A stretch of 64,000 nt of DNA from an uncultured bacterium (GCA_963844965.1 CAWJQC010000007.1:160001-224000); one strand, 5' to 3'; shown: positions 1 through 10,082, counted from the stretch's first letter. Made by a program: numbers and translations. The notes: a model not told the origin generated them from the sequence alone.

Positions 1-38
1 GAGGTTGAGCGGGTGGAAAATTAAGTATTATGTATGTG

Positions 39-66
39 CCGTCCCTTTGTGGGACGGTATTTTTTT
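39..66 (+). terminator. rho-independent terminator hairpin (CCGTCCC-TTTGT-GGGACGG plus T-run) ending an upstream gene outside the window
   Basis: GC stem-loop followed by a T7 run, read directly. Confidence 0.45.
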
Positions 67-89
67 GTCTGACTGCTCTGAACAGCGCG

Positions 90-190
90 TTTTGCGACTG
101 CTCTGCTGTTGCAAAACGCGCGTGGGGTTTTGCGACAAATTACCGATTTGTTGCAATAACCCCCGTTTTGCGACACTTTGTGATATAATG
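90..190 (+). promoter_or_regulatory. promoter region of the recombinase gene: three direct TTTTGCGAC repeats (90-98, 128-136, 166-174) plus related GTTGCAAAAC/TTGTTGCAA sites, then an extended -10 TGTGATATAAT (179-189)
   Basis: repeats and TGnTATAAT read directly; the -10 overlaps the first ATG, so translation probably starts at the second ATG (197) as a leaderless mRNA. Confidence 0.5.
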
Positions 191-196
191 GAATCA

Positions 197-1108
197 ATGT
201 CGGAAGTAGAAAATTTGGTTCGGGACTACCTGAATTATTTGGAAATAGAACGGAATCGCTCGCCGAAGACGCGGGAAAATTATGAGCGGTATCTTAGGGA
301 ATTTTTTAAGTTTTCAAAAGCGAAAACGCCCAGCGACATTACGGAATCCGCCGTGCGGGATTTCCGCATGTACCTCGCTCGCCCCGCCAATCGTGGCGGG
401 GTAAACCGCAGCATAAAAAAGGTGACGCAAAGTTATTATGTGATAGCCCTGCGTAATTTTTTGAAATATCTCGCGAGGCACGACATAAAAGTTCTGGCGC
501 CGGAAAAGATAGAGCTTCCCAAGATTCCCGAACGGCAGATTGAAGTTCTGGAATACGGCGACCTGGAACGGTTGCTTGCCGCACCGAAAGGCACGGACCT
601 CCGCAGCCTGCGCGATAAGGCGATACTGGAACTTTTCTTTTCAACCGGTCTGCGGCTTTCCGAACTGTGCGGTCTTTCGCGTTACATTGACCTCAAGCGC
701 GGAGAGTTGTCCGTCCGCGGCAAGGGCGACAAGTTGCGCGTCGTCTTCCTCTCCGATTCCGCGAAAAAAGCGATACAGAATTATCTTGATAAGCGGACGG
801 ACGCCGAAGAGGCGCTTTTCGTGAGTTTAACCAGGGCGGGGAAGGTTATCGGCAAAATAATTCCGCGGGCGGTTGAGAGAATCATAGAACGGCGCGCGCG
901 CGAAGCCGGCATCGCGAAAAAGATACATCCGCACCAATTGCGGCATTCGTTCGCGACGGATCTGCTCGTGAACGGCGCCGACCTGCGTTCCGTTCAGGAA
1001 CTTTTGGGCCACGCGAACATTTCAACCACACAGATTTATACGCATCTCACGAACAAGGAACTAAGAGAGGTCCACGAGGCGTTCCATGCCCGCCGCAGGA
1101 AAGAATAG
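197..1108 (+). CDS. xerC: tyrosine site-specific recombinase, XerC/XerD (phage integrase) family
   Basis: C-terminal HPHQLRHSFATDLL...LLGHANISTTQIYTHL catalytic motifs with R-H-R-Y; XerD-like N-terminal SAM-like domain. The ORF-track start at 5 is unlikely because the -10 box is at 184-189. Confidence 0.8.
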   Translation: MSEVENLVRDYLNYLEIERNRSPKTRENYERYLREFFKFSKAKTPSDITESAVRDFRMYLARPANRGGVNRSIKKVTQSYYVIALRNFLKYLARHDIKVLAPEKIELPKIPERQIEVLEYGDLERLLAAPKGTDLRSLRDKAILELFFSTGLRLSELCGLSRYIDLKRGELSVRGKGDKLRVVFLSDSAKKAIQNYLDKRTDAEEALFVSLTRAGKVIGKIIPRAVERIIERRAREAGIAKKIHPHQLRHSFATDLLVNGADLRSVQELLGHANISTTQIYTHLTNKELREVHEAFHARRRKE

Positions 1109-1135
1109 CTGGCCGGTTTCCACGGATGTTTTCAA

Positions 1136-2519
1136 TCAAAGTCCGTAAGTGAACGGCGCGGCATAAAGGAAACCAGCGAAGCTCAAAATGGCGATGACGG
1201 CGAGTACCGCGCCCCGCCGAAGCGTAAGAGAATTCCAGTCGTCAACTTTCAGTATCTTCGTTATGGACCAGACGAGAAGGCCAATGGCGAAAATGTAGGC
1301 GGGGAAGTAGTGGTAAAGAAACGTGCTGCGGCGAACGATTGTGGCGAAGGGCAGGATGGATACAACGAAACCGGCGAGGAGAACGAAAAACGGCTTGTTC
1401 TCCCCGAAAGCGCGTGTTCGGAGGAATTTTTTAAGATAGCGCGGCAGGATGGCCAAGGCGCAGATCGCGGCGAGAGTACTTGAGTACCAGATGAAGGGAT
1501 TGCCGGTAAGGACAATTTGTTTCACGTGGTTCGCGACTGTCTCGTAAAAATATGTCATGGGAATTTGCATCGCCGGCCAGAGAGTACCACGGACTCTGAA
1601 GTATATTTGGACTACCCACGACATAGTTGCCGAAAGAAAAGAAGAGATCGGCAAGCGGAGCTGTGAGGTAGGGGAGACGAGGTGTTGCCGTGTAGGATAT
1701 CATGCCCAAAGATTTCAGAACGTCCAGATGCTCCATCGGCGTAAATATCGCGTAATTTACGGAAAAGACAATAAGGAACACAAGCACCGCGGCTATAGAA
1801 AATTTTTTCAGGTCGCTTTTCTCTGCAGCGGTTTCGCCGGTTTTTTTCTTCAGTAGATAATAAATCAAGAGGGGTCCCGCGAATACTACGGCCGTCATCT
1901 TCACTCCCAAGGCGAGTCCCCAGACGGCGCCCGCGGCCGTGGGCCACTGCGGTTTTTTGAAATAAAGCGCTAGAGCGGCAAAACCGAAAGCGAGGTACAT
2001 CCCGTCCATGAGAATCAGGCGCGTTTCAAGAAGCAATGCGTTCTCAAGTGTCAAAAATAACGCCCCTAAGATGGCGCCAATATTCGGCACGCCAAGGCTT
2101 CTAAGGAACCAATAAAAAATTAAGGCGAGCGCCGCGCCGAAAATCGCGCTCACTACTCTCAGAGGTATGTATGGAAAATTATTGAATGGTGAATTGCCGC
2201 CGGTAACGGTTATCTCGTCGCCGCCGGCTTTTTCTTGGCCTTTGATTATTACGAAATCGGTATTCTTGACGTTCTGCGGCGTTGCCGCGAGGGACAGGGT
2301 CGCCGAGTAGATTAACTTGCCGAACGGCGGATGGATGTCAAAGAACGGCACGCCCTTCACGTAATCCGCGGCGTAGGTCGCGAAATGCGCCTCGTCAAAA
2401 ACCGGTCGCGGCGGATAAGAAATATTCAAAAGGTGAAGATAAAAGCCGAGAGCCGTTATGGCGACAAGCGTGGCGAACGTGAAAATTTTATTTTTGGACA
2501 TTTCCGTTTTTCCGACCAC
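1136..2519 (-). CDS. membrane glycosyltransferase, GT39/PMT (dolichyl-phosphate-mannose protein mannosyltransferase)-like; reading frame broken between ORFs 1431-2519 and 1136-1654
   Basis: multi-TM N-terminus with PMT-like motifs (FDEAHFATYA, HPPFGKL); the two overlapping ORFs together span a typical ~460 aa PMT protein; apparent frameshift in the 1431-1654 overlap. Confidence 0.55.
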
Positions 2520-2613
2520 CCATTTCCCCTTTTGTTTAATCTACCAGATTATAAAACAAAATCAGCCAATCGCAAGGAGTAACAAAAACCCCGCCAGTGG
2601 GGATTTTTATTGC

Positions 2614-2633
2614 TCGTGGACCTGGGGGGAATC
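2614..2633. repeat. 20-nt direct repeat TCGTGGACCTGGGGGGAATC, a duplicate of the 3' end of tRNA-Ala(GGC); second copy at 2805-2824
   Basis: exact 20-mer present twice, 190 bp apart; candidate att-type duplication. Confidence 0.6.
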
Positions 2634-2772
2634 TCACGCGCTCGGTCGCCTGAGGCGACCTGTGCTTTTTAAAACCCTCGGTTTTTAATATTTTCCTACA
2701 CGGGGAACCGAGCGCGGTTCCCCGACCCCCTCCGCTGTTCGATTCCCTCAAAACCAGGTAACAAAAGAAAAA

Positions 2773-2800
2773 GGCGGCCGTCGCCGACCGCCTTTTTCTT
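2773..2800 (-). terminator. bidirectional rho-independent terminator (GGCGGCCGTCGCCGACCGCC plus T-run) just downstream of the tRNA-Ala gene
   Basis: GC-rich hairpin flanked by A/T runs on both strands. Confidence 0.5.
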
Positions 2801-2807
2801 TTGTTCG

Positions 2808-2878
2808 TGGACCTGGGGGGAATCGAACCCCCACCTCTTCCATGCCATGGAAGCGTTCTGCCACTATACTACAGGCCC
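2808..2878 (-). tRNA. tRNA-Ala (anticodon GGC)
   Basis: cloverleaf folded by hand: acceptor GGGCCTG/CAGGTCC with G3:U70, anticodon loop AUGGCAU, T-arm GGGGG-TTCGATT-CCCCC, discriminator A, no encoded CCA. Confidence 0.8.
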
Positions 2879-3244
2879 ATTGGCAGATTTTGATCTGTTA
2901 TTCTTGAACTCGGGAGAATGTATCGTGTCGTAGATGCTGCCGTTCGGATTGATTATTATCGCCTTTATAACGGTTTCTATTGTTGGGTTGTCTGTTATAG
3001 TTTTGCCGTCTTCATCTTCCTTGCAGATCGGGATTTTATCCATTTTCATTAGGTGGTGGGCGACGCCGTTCATTGAAATAATAAACTGCGTCGGCGTTTT
3101 TTCAATGCCGAATCTATATCCATCCTCTTTCAATTTCGCCGCCACCTTCTCCACGCGTCCATCAATCTCCCTCATCTTTTCCATTCTCTGTCTTTCTAGC
3201 TCTTTTCCTTGCTCGGCAGTTACATATCCGCCGTTTGTTTTCAT
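2864..3244 (-). CDS. hypothetical protein (126 aa)
   Basis: ORF only; the C-terminal codons overlap the 5' end of the tRNA-Ala gene, so the true stop and the gene's reality are uncertain. Confidence 0.35.
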   Translation of the reverse strand: MKTNGGYVTAEQGKELERQRMEKMREIDGRVEKVAAKLKEDGYRFGIEKTPTQFIISMNGVAHHLMKMDKIPICKEDEDGKTITDNPTIETVIKAIIINPNGSIYDTIHSPEFKNNRSKSANGPVV

Positions 3245-3258
3245 CGTCTTGCACTTAC

Positions 3259-3510
3259 TTATTTTACAGGCTGATTATCCGCGGAGGAAGATTTCTTGCT
3301 GAAAACGTAGAGATACAAAATCTCCAAAATGCCGACCGTGTTTACTACAAGCAAAACAACAAACCAAATTTTACTGCCCAAGTGTGCTGCTCTCCATAGG
3401 GCAAGGCCCTTCCACGCGAGCGACCAGATGACGAGGATGGCGAGGACGAATCCCGCGCCCGCGCTGAGCGCGCCGAAGCCGAACACGGCGCCCAACGAAT
3501 TACTCCACAT
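3259..3510 (-). CDS. small membrane protein (two predicted TM helices)
   Basis: hydrophobic 83-aa ORF. Confidence 0.4.
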   Translation of the reverse strand: MWSNSLGAVFGFGALSAGAGFVLAILVIWSLAWKGLALWRAAHLGSKIWFVVLLVVNTVGILEILYLYVFSKKSSSADNQPVK

Positions 3511-3615
3511 ATATTTGTTAATAATGTCCGATGTTTGCGACCTTTGCCTCTCAAGCCATAATCATTTATAGTTTATACGATTCGCCCCCGTAGTTCAACT
3601 TGTTTCGCATTGGTT

Positions 3616-3687
3616 CCCCTTGTAGCTCAACGGATAGAGCAGTCCCGTCCTAAGGGAAAGATGAGGGTTCAATTCCTTCCAAGGGGA
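3616..3687 (+). tRNA. tRNA-Arg (anticodon CCU), unusual C1-G72 start
   Basis: hand fold: acceptor CCCCTTG/CAAGGGG, D-stem GCTC/GAGC, anticodon stem GTCCC/GGGAA with loop GUCCUAA, T-arm GAGGG-TTCAATT-CCTTC, discriminator A. Confidence 0.55.
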
Positions 3688-3770
3688 CACGGAGTACCAG
3701 TTTCCATTTTGAAGAATCGTAGTTCGTCTTTCCCAGCGGAGCCGCCTTTTTGTTTTCGTGTTAAAATTTA

Positions 3771-3828
3771 CTTATGCCCGGTAGTAGAACTGTGATATCG
3801 GGCAATCAATAAAAATCGCAGTTCACTA
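3771..3828. mobile_element. miniature (~58 bp) copy of a MITE-like element: left TIR CCCGGTAGTAGAACTGTGATAT plus a degenerate right end ATCGCAGTTCACTATCGG
   Basis: matches the terminal inverted repeats of the 157-bp element at 16191-16347. Confidence 0.45.
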
Positions 3829-3835
3829 TCGGACT

Positions 3836-4327
3836 ATGCAGGAATATCTGGGCGAAGCCGTAATTTTGAACCGCGAGCCTGTGGGCGACCTTGACCTGCG
3901 CCTTTCTATTTTTACGAAGCGGTTCGGTAAGTTTGTGGCGAAGGCCAAGAGCGCGCGCAAGATAACTTCCAAGCTTGCCGGACACTTGCAGCCCGGAAAT
4001 CTTGTTGACGCAAGGATTGTTGAAAAGAATGGTCTGCAGATAGTTGATGTGCTGAAAAAACTGCGGCTGAGTATTGCTCCTGCCGATCTGCATCGCCTGA
4101 ATTTGATTCTCGCGGAAGCCGAGCCGGATTTGCGACTCTGGCGCGAGCTTGTAAGTGGCGAATTCGGTTGGCCGGAGGTGTTGAAAATTTTGGGGTGGGA
4201 TCCCAGCGTGGCGCGATGCGGCGCTTGCAATAGCGCGGAGAAGCTCGCTTTCAGCATTCCCGGGCAGGATTTTTTTTGCGGGAATTGCGTTTCAAAATTG
4301 GACCAGAATGAGGTAATATATATTTAA
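3836..4327 (+). CDS. recO: DNA repair protein RecO (short form)
   Basis: N-terminal OB-fold region typical of RecO and a C-terminal CxxC...CxxC zinc finger. Confidence 0.65.
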   Translation: MQEYLGEAVILNREPVGDLDLRLSIFTKRFGKFVAKAKSARKITSKLAGHLQPGNLVDARIVEKNGLQIVDVLKKLRLSIAPADLHRLNLILAEAEPDLRLWRELVSGEFGWPEVLKILGWDPSVARCGACNSAEKLAFSIPGQDFFCGNCVSKLDQNEVIYI

Positions 4328-4329
4328 TG

Positions 4330-4420
4330 TCTGTTGATTAACGAATTAACGGATTGCGTATTAACGGATTCGGTTTTTGATTCGTTAATTCGTTGATGCG
4401 TTAATAAATAATTTTTAACT
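4330..4420. repeat. palindromic TTAACG(G/A)ATT repeat array ending CGTTAATAAATAAT; same family at 20906-21012 and 46880-46960
   Basis: direct and inverted copies of ATTAACGGATT/AATCCGTTAAT read directly; shared terminal 14-mer. Confidence 0.6.
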
Positions 4421-4423
4421 CGT

Positions 4424-6252
4424 ATGTCACCGAGCAACAAGTACAACGAAAGTTATATTTCGCCTTGGGAGGGTGATAAAGACGCCATGGTGGGCAAGAG
4501 CGGAAGGTCTAAATCGGCGAAGCACCGCAACCGCGGCCCCATATTGATCGCTGTGGCGGCGCTTATCGCGGTAATAGCCGTCTTATTTTATTTCGCGTTT
4601 CTGCGGAAACCGGCGGGGCCGGATGTGGGCATGGAATTTCTGAATCCTGGAGCGATACTGGCCGGCGACGGGTTCACTCTCACAGTTTCGATTTCCAATT
4701 ATTCGGACATTGTTCTCCGGGACGCGAGGGTTTCGCTTGTTCTGCCCGACGGCGTTTCGTTTACGGAATCGCAGGCCGACCAGCGCGTTGATGAGAGAAC
4801 CATAGGCGATTTCGGGCCCGGGAGCGTCAATCAACAGTCCTTTAATTTGATAGTTACGAACGGCAGCAATGTATTGAAACATATCCAGGCTAAATTTGAC
4901 TACGCGACGGGCGGGAGCACAAGCGCCGAATTTGAGAGTGTCGGAGAATATGATCTCTCGGTTGGGCAACCGGCAATCGGTTTGAATCTGAGCGCGCCGC
5001 AGAGCATTTTCAACAGCCAGGATTTCACAGTCAAGGTTTCGTACATAAACAACACCAGCCACGATTTCAAAAATTTGCATTTAAACGTTGATTATCCGCC
5101 GATATTCGGATTCAAATCCAGCACGATGCAGCCCGAGTCCGGGAGCAATAATTCTTGGGATTTAGGGACGCTCGCTTCCGGCTCCAGCGGCGTTATATCC
5201 ATAACCGGCAGCGTTGTTGGGCCGGAAAAGTCGTTTTTCAACTTCGGCGCTTCTTTAACATCCGACCTTATGGGTAATACTTACACGATCAATAGCCAGA
5301 CGGCGTCCGTGGCCATTTCCGCGGCGCCGCTCGCGCTTCAAGTCACGCGCCGGAGCACGGCGGATAATGCACTGCATGCCGGTGACCCCGTTACTTACAA
5401 TCTTAATTACGTGAATAATTCCGATGTTACCATGCAGGACGTTACGATAAGCGCCAAACTTACCGGTGAAATGTTTGATTTCACGACGGTTGACACCAAA
5501 GCCTACTTTAATTCGCTGACCGATACGATTAATTGGTTCGCGGCGAACACTCCGGAGCTCCAGAGCATCGCTCCGGGACAGGGAGGGTCGGTTGCTTTCG
5601 CGATCAAAGTCAAAGATTCTTTTCCGATCCGGCTGATGAGCGACAAAAATTACACCTTGCGGCTGGACGCGCAGATTCATCCCCGACGGTTCCGGCAAAT
5701 ACGGCCGCGAACAAGACGGTTTCCATTGCCAGCATTGAAGACAAAGTCGCGGGAAAAATTGATCTGGCGGCGGAAGCGTATTGGCGCGACGCGCAGAGCG
5801 GGATTTTAAATCAAGGGCCTTACCCGCCGAGAGTGGATCAGCCGACGCAGTACACCATACACTGGCGGCTCACAAATTATTCCACAGACGTGGCAAATAT
5901 CACGGTTTCGGCGTATCTGCAGTCAGGCAGCCGGTTCACTGGAGTTGTGAGTTCCAATATCGCGAGTAGCACGCCGACGTACAATCCGGATTCCGGCCTG
6001 GTTACGTGGCAGGTCGGTTCTTTGCCGGCAACGAAAGGGATCACTGGAGCTCCGGCCGAAGCGGTTTTCCAGATAGAAAACACGCCGTCACTCACGCAGG
6101 TCAACCAAAACGTGTCGCTTCTGGGGGAAACGAAAGTTGAGTGGACGGATTCTTTCGTTGGAGCGGTGTACGACGCTACTGCTCCGCCGCTGGACACCTC
6201 CCTTCCGTATGATAAAACGATAACGGATACAGGCAGGACGGTGGAGAATTAG
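4424..6252 (+). CDS. large secreted or surface protein with DUF11-type conserved repeat domains; frame broken near 5683 (C4 run), joining ORFs 4424-5809 and 5533-6252
   Basis: N-terminal TM/signal anchor, repeated beta-rich modules rich in N/S/T; one extra C would join the two ORFs into a ~609-aa protein. Confidence 0.55.
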
Positions 6253-6310
6253 AAATTAGGAAGCAGAAAATAGAAAACAGGGATATGCCCAAAACAGATA
6301 AAGGCGATTA

Positions 6311-7675
6311 ATGGACAAGATTGTGTCTTTGGCGAAGCGCAGAGGGTTTATTTTCCCCGGCTCGGAAATTTATGGAGGACTTGCCAACTCCTGGGATTAT
6401 GGGCCGCTTGGTGTGGAGCTCAAGAATAATATCAAAAATTTCTGGTGGGACAGATTTGTGCACAGGCGCGACGACATCGTGGGATTGGACGCGGCTTTAA
6501 TAATGAACCCCAAGGTGTGGGAAGCGAGCGGTCATCTCAAAGAATTTATTGACCCGTTGATTGAATGCAAAAAGTGCCACGAACGCTTCCGCGCCGACGA
6601 GCTTTTTAAAAAAGGCAGCTGGAAGAAAGAGCAGGAATTCTTGGGAACGCTTTCGGAAGCCGACAAAGAGAAAAGGGTCCGCGACCTGTTTGACAAATGC
6701 CCGAGTTGCGGTGCGGAAGACCAGTTTACGATACCGCGCAATTTCAACATGATGTTTAAGACGTTCATCGGCCCCGCCTACGGCGAGAAATCCGTCGCTT
6801 ACTTCAGGCCGGAAACGGCGCAGGCGATGTTCGTTGATTTCAAGAGTATTTTGAACACAACGCGCAAGACCGTTCCTTTCGGCATCGCCCAGGTTGGAAG
6901 GGCGTTTAGGAACGAAATAACGCCGGGCAATTTCGTTTTCCGGACAAGAGAATTTGAGCAAATGGAAATAGAATATTTCATCCGCGAGAAGGACTGGGAA
7001 AAATATTTTGACTATTGGCGCAAGGAGATGCTGGATTGGGTCGGGGATCTGGGTATCAAACCGGCGCGCATCCACGAGAGCGAAATCAAAGAGGAAGACC
7101 GCGCGCATTATTCGTCAAAAACCGTGGATTTTGAATACAATTTCCCGTTTGGCAGAAAAGAACTTTACGGCTTGGCGTATAGAACGGATTTTGACCTCAA
7201 GAATCATGAAAAGTTTTCCGGCGCTAACCTGAAGTACCGCGATCCGAAAACCGGAGAGGAGTTCTGGCCGCACGTCATTGAGCCGAGCATGGGTGTTGAG
7301 CGCCTTTTGCTTGCCGTAATGCTTGAAGCGTATGCCGAGGATGGCGACAGAGTTATTTTGAAACTTCCGGCAAAATTGGCGCCGCATAAGGCGGCGGTGT
7401 TTCCGCTCTTGGCCAACAAGCCAGAACTTATAAAGCTCGCAAAGAAAATATATGACGATTTGCGCCAACAGTTCGTGGTCGCTTGGGACGACCGCGGCAA
7501 CATCGGCAAGCGCTACTACGCGCAGGATGAAATCGGCACGCCCTGCTGCATCACCGTTGATTTTGATTCGCTGGAGGAGGACGACGTTACCGTGCGTGAT
7601 AGAGATACGGCGAAACAGGAGAGGATTAAAATAGCCGAACTCGAAGAATATTTGAAAGAGCACATAGGACCATGA
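6311..7675 (+). CDS. glyQS: glycine--tRNA ligase (class II, alpha2 type)
   Basis: strong similarity to GlyRS (FPGSEIYGGLANSWDYGPLGVELK...; class II motifs; anticodon-binding C-terminus). Confidence 0.9.
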   Translation: MDKIVSLAKRRGFIFPGSEIYGGLANSWDYGPLGVELKNNIKNFWWDRFVHRRDDIVGLDAALIMNPKVWEASGHLKEFIDPLIECKKCHERFRADELFKKGSWKKEQEFLGTLSEADKEKRVRDLFDKCPSCGAEDQFTIPRNFNMMFKTFIGPAYGEKSVAYFRPETAQAMFVDFKSILNTTRKTVPFGIAQVGRAFRNEITPGNFVFRTREFEQMEIEYFIREKDWEKYFDYWRKEMLDWVGDLGIKPARIHESEIKEEDRAHYSSKTVDFEYNFPFGRKELYGLAYRTDFDLKNHEKFSGANLKYRDPKTGEEFWPHVIEPSMGVERLLLAVMLEAYAEDGDRVILKLPAKLAPHKAAVFPLLANKPELIKLAKKIYDDLRQQFVVAWDDRGNIGKRYYAQDEIGTPCCITVDFDSLEEDDVTVRDRDTAKQERIKIAELEEYLKEHIGP

Positions 7676-8664
7676 CGGAAGTAATCGAACAGAAGGAGGA
7701 GCAGGTGGAAGCAGAAAAAGAACCGAAAATGAATTTTACGATATTTTATTCGGGTCATGTCAGAGCAGGAGATTTTGATAAATTGAAAGCGCTCTTCGAA
7801 GAAGCTGATATATACGTTCCGGAATCTATTGGATGGGATAAAAGGGAAAAGGAACTCTTTAGCAGGATGTCGGCTGGAGAGATAGACGGGGAAACATTTA
7901 AAGAAATGTTGTCGAAGTTCGAAAAAGACGACCCCGTCCTAGCCGAGGAATATAAGATAATTTACAATTCACATAAACCGATAGAATTCCTCGATGTTCC
8001 CGGAGATAATCAGACACATAAAGACACCGTGATGGCTCTTGAGGGCGAGTACGACGCTTATCTCGGTTTTTTGGACGGAGAATTTGACGAGGCGGTCTCG
8101 GAAATGAAGGGAGCTTCGGAAAAGTATGCAATTGCGCAGCAGGAACGGGAAAAGTACATAAAGTCGTTGGCGAACAGCAGATTGAAAGATTTAGTCGAGA
8201 AAAACCAGGCGCTTAAAGACAAGATTAAAAAAGGAGGCGGTATAAATGTTTTAATGAGCATAGGCGCGGATCACACGGCATTGGCCAGCGGTTTAAAAAA
8301 GGATTGGCCAGGGGGCGTAGAGACGAAATTCAGCGACTCGCCCTTTATATTCGATTATGACGCGGAATTGTACCGGCGTTATATGTTCAATAAGGAAGTT
8401 GGCGATGAATTGGTTGCCAAAGCCTTACTTTCCAGAGGATTGGTCTATAAATTTCGAAATTTTTGCAGAAATCATCAAGAGATAAGCGTTGTTTCAAGAA
8501 AAATTATTTCCGGCTTGACGTTTAATGATATAAGGAAAATTTCCGAAAGTTTGGGGGCTGGCGACGATTTGCAAAAAGCTTTTGATTCGTTGGGCAGGGA
8601 TATAAAAATCCCCGAATCGCGCGAAGAAGTAGATAAAATACTAGGAAAAAATAATAAATCATGA
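7672..8664 (+). CDS. hypothetical protein (330 aa), translationally coupled to glyQS (ATGA overlap)
   Basis: ORF with a start overlapping the glyQS stop; no family recognised. Confidence 0.5.
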   Translation: MTEVIEQKEEQVEAEKEPKMNFTIFYSGHVRAGDFDKLKALFEEADIYVPESIGWDKREKELFSRMSAGEIDGETFKEMLSKFEKDDPVLAEEYKIIYNSHKPIEFLDVPGDNQTHKDTVMALEGEYDAYLGFLDGEFDEAVSEMKGASEKYAIAQQEREKYIKSLANSRLKDLVEKNQALKDKIKKGGGINVLMSIGADHTALASGLKKDWPGGVETKFSDSPFIFDYDAELYRRYMFNKEVGDELVAKALLSRGLVYKFRNFCRNHQEISVVSRKIISGLTFNDIRKISESLGAGDDLQKAFDSLGRDIKIPESREEVDKILGKNNKS

Positions 8665-8803
8665 ATCCCGTTAAAAGCCCTGCCTGGCAGGCAGGCGCGG
8701 TCGCGTTGCAATAAATAAATTTATCAATACTATACTATGAAAAAGTTGAGTGAGGTAAAAAAATGTATGCAGGGCGGTACGACCGCGACCTGCTTCTAGC
8801 GGG

Positions 8804-10069
8804 ATGAAATTCATTATCCACGGCGGTAAAAAACTTTCGGGCGAAATAGAAGTGATGGGCGCCAAAAATTCGGTTTTGAAGGCGATGGCGGCTTCGCTTT
8901 TGTTCGCGAACCCCGTGACGATAGAAAATGTCCCGCAGATTGAGGACGTGGCGCGTATGTCCGAATTGCTTATGGACTTGGGAGCCGCGATAAAGAAACC
9001 GGACGAGCGGACGCTCGTGATTGATTGTGGCGTCGTCAGAGAAACGGCGATAAAAACCGAAATTGCCAACAAACTCCGCGCTTCAATCGTTCTCGCGGGA
9101 CCGCTTCTCGCGCGGAGCGGCAATGTTATTTTTCCGCATCCCGGCGGCTGCGTGATAGGGAAACGCCCAATTGATATATTTCTGGACGGCTGGCGGGCGA
9201 TGAGGGCGAAAGTGGAGGAAAAGAAAAATCGTTTTGGGGTCTCGGCGAAGAAACTTTTCGGCGCGGATTTCACTTTCCGCGTCGTCTCGGTGACGGGAAC
9301 GGAAACGTTAATGATGACGGCGGCACTGGCGCACGGGAAGACGGTTTTGCGTAACGCCGCCTGCGAGCCGGAAATTCCGGCTCTCGCGGAATTTTTGAAC
9401 AACTCCGGAGCGAAGATAAAGGGAGCCGGAACACCGATGATTGAAATTGAAGGGACCGGCGGCAAGTTGCTCAAAGCGAAGCGTCCGTTCCGCGTCATTC
9501 CGGATAGGATTGAAGCCGGAAGTTTCCTGATTTTGGGCGCGGCTCTCGGGAAAAAAGTCAGAGTAACCGATTGCGACCCCGAGCACCTTTCGGCGCTTAT
9601 GATTCAACTCAAGGACGCCGGCGTGAATTTGAAAGTTGAAAAAAATTGGATTGAGGTCGGGCGGCCGAAGCATCTCAAGGCCGCGAATGCCAAAACAAAA
9701 GAATATCCCGGCTTTCCCACGGACCTTCAGGCGCCGTACGCCGTGCTTATGACGCAAGCCGAAGGCGAAAGCATGATTTTTGAAACGATTTTTGAGGGGC
9801 GGCTGGCTTACGCTGACGACCTGAAGCGAATGGGAGCGAATATCGTCCTATGCGACCCGCATAGGATTTTGATTAAGGGTCCGACGCCGCTCCACGGCCG
9901 CGAGATGGAAATGCCGGATCTCCGCGCCGGTCTCGCGTTTGTCATCGCCGCTTTATTGGCGGAAGGCGAATCAACGATAGGTAACGTTTATCAGATAGAC
10001 CGCGGCTACGAAAAGATAGATGAGCGACTGAGGAAGCTGGGAGCGGAGATTGAAAGAACGGAACGGTGA
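8804..10069 (+). CDS. murA: UDP-N-acetylglucosamine 1-carboxyvinyltransferase
   Basis: full-length similarity to MurA (EPT family; KNSVLK, active-site C in GGCVIG). Confidence 0.9.
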   Translation: MKFIIHGGKKLSGEIEVMGAKNSVLKAMAASLLFANPVTIENVPQIEDVARMSELLMDLGAAIKKPDERTLVIDCGVVRETAIKTEIANKLRASIVLAGPLLARSGNVIFPHPGGCVIGKRPIDIFLDGWRAMRAKVEEKKNRFGVSAKKLFGADFTFRVVSVTGTETLMMTAALAHGKTVLRNAACEPEIPALAEFLNNSGAKIKGAGTPMIEIEGTGGKLLKAKRPFRVIPDRIEAGSFLILGAALGKKVRVTDCDPEHLSALMIQLKDAGVNLKVEKNWIEVGRPKHLKAANAKTKEYPGFPTDLQAPYAVLMTQAEGESMIFETIFEGRLAYADDLKRMGANIVLCDPHRILIKGPTPLHGREMEMPDLRAGLAFVIAALLAEGESTIGNVYQIDRGYEKIDERLRKLGAEIERTER

Positions 10070-10082
10070 GTGAGTCATTCTG

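Noticed and set aside
2586-2800. Possible small ncRNA between the PMT-like gene and tRNA-Ala (several GC hairpins)
   Set aside because: The hairpins are adequately explained as bidirectional terminators plus the duplicated tRNA 3'-end fragment. I saw no conserved ncRNA motif (SRP, RNase P, tmRNA and 6S signatures were looked for and not seen anywhere in the window).
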